Origin: Candidatus Saccharimonadota bacterium
GTDB taxonomy: Bacteria; Patescibacteriota; Saccharimonadia; Saccharimonadales; UBA4665
Assembly: GCA_027459325.1 (NCBI GenBank)
Contig: DAIDIO010000002.1
Location: forward strand, 1,951 to 65,950
Direction of reading: 5' to 3'
DNA: 64,000 nucleotides
The notes under the pieces were generated by a model. It was given only the letters and a program-made list of their open reading frames with translations. It did no database searches and was not told where the DNA came from. The position numbers and the translations under genes were made by a program. Of this stretch, positions 63,154 to 64,000 are shown one piece after another (position 1 is the first letter of the stretch; each line of letters begins with the position of its first letter).

Positions 63154-64000
63154 CCACCGCTATATTGCAGTAAGAAGTAGGTCCAGAGTATGCTGGTGCC
63201 GATGACGCAGATAATGTAGAGGTTGGGCCGGTGGCGGCTATAGCCGTAAAGCATTAAAGGAATCGGAAAGGCCATCAGTACGTAGCGGTTAAAGCCACCA
63301 AATTGCTGCCCGACTATCGGGATCAGTAAAAATAATAAGCCGTAAATAGACAAGCTGCGCCGTTTATTCCACCAGTAAATAGCTGAAATAATGATTAAAA
63401 TAATAAATATTAAACTGATCAGATCAGCACTTGGCAGCAGATTGGTATAATGACTTGCCAGCCAACCGTGGCTTTTTTGAGCAGTAATAAAACTAAAAGG
63501 CTGGGCAAACTTTTCACCCAGATAAAACATATAAGCTATTATACCAAGACTACCGGTTAGCAGGGTTAGGATTATGCGGCTTAACTTAACTTTATCTTCT
63601 ATCATGATTAGACCGATTAAGGCAAGAACAAACAGTCCGGTAATATGAGTGGCGCTCATGAATGCGGCCAGTAGCCCGGCCAACCAGTAGCTCTTCTTTA
63701 GAGTAAAGTAGATACTGCCTAGGGCTAGCATTGCGAAAAGACTTTCCGTGTAGACGGCCAGGAAAAAGATCGCTGTCGGGAAAAGTAGCAACAGTATAGC
63801 CGCCTTAAACCGCCCATTCAGATCATCTTTAAATAACAGACCGATAATTTGCATGTAGAAGTAGATAATACCTATTAGACATAACCAAGAGATTATGACA
63901 CCGGCGTAGAGGGGTGATCCGGTTAAGTAACTAAGTACATGAATCAGCAATGGATAAAGTGGGAAGAAATTAGCCAGATCTGTGCTACTGTATCCGGAAT
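63138..64000 (-). CDS. partial polytopic membrane protein, GT-C-type glycosyltransferase-like (continues past window end)
   Basis: The frame stays open from 63950 to the window edge (SGYSSTDLANFFPLYPLLIH...). More than 8 TM helices. The track start is only a TTG. Confidence 0.45.
   Translation of the reverse strand, partial: SGYSSTDLANFFPLYPLLIHVLSYLTGSPLYAGVIISWLCLIGIIYFYMQIIGLLFKDDLNGRFKAAILLLLFPTAIFFLAVYTESLFAMLALGSIYFTLKKSYWLAGLLAAFMSATHITGLFVLALIGLIMIEDKVKLSRIILTLLTGSLGIIAYMFYLGEKFAQPFSFITAQKSHGWLASHYTNLLPSADLISLIFIILIIISAIYWWNKRRSLSIYGLLFLLIPIVGQQFGGFNRYVLMAFPIPLMLYGYSRHRPNLYIICVIGTSILWTYFLLQYSGGYIGG

Noticed and set aside
1-64000. Looked for rRNA genes, CRISPR arrays, integrases, transposases and prophage structural genes.
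   Set aside because: I recognised none. The only mobile-element-like signatures are the tRNA-linked repeats reported above.

Overview
This 64-kb chromosomal window looks like a small-genome, gene-dense bacterium. The gene content suggests Candidate Phyla Radiation/Patescibacteria, probably Saccharibacteria-like. That placement is inferred from three things: compact operons with 1-4 nt start/stop overlaps, a reduced mraZ-rsmH-ftsL-ftsI-mraY-ftsW-murG-ftsQ cluster, and a sortase plus many single-TM orphan proteins and a sigma-region-4/HARE-HTH protein. No database search was possible, so all product calls rest on motifs I recognised in the translations. The genetic code is standard, because TGA is used as a stop inside ATGA/GTGA overlaps.

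Contents: about 75 CDS and 3 tRNAs (Glu-CUC, Leu-CAA, Ser-GGA). I saw no rRNA, CRISPR array, transposase or integrase.

Housekeeping genes:
- DNA and nucleotide metabolism: xseAB, recO, topA, xth, pyrH.
- Translation and RNA modification: glyQS, gltX, pth, der, a pseudouridine synthase.
- Other: zwf, a MacB-type ABC pair, a CvpA-protease fusion, and three two-component pairs.

Parts worth a second look:
1. A tRNA-Glu-anchored array of toxin-antitoxin cassettes. Each cassette ends in a conserved element that finishes with the tRNA 3' end, and no integrase is present.
2. A textbook -1 frameshift cassette (U_UUU_UUA, 6-nt spacer, 7-bp hairpin) that would fuse two orphan multi-wHTH ORFs beside tRNA-Leu into one 772-aa protein.
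3. A roughly 410-nt promoter-to-terminator structured RNA candidate between topA and pth that I cannot assign to a family.
4. A split NOX/ferric-reductase-like module: an FNR-like dehydrogenase, ApbE, and a bis-heme membrane protein with His spacings of 14 and 13.
5. A histidine-kinase-like/receiver pair in which both phospho-sites read Glu.
6. A membrane-anchored Clp/Hsp100-type AAA+ protein.
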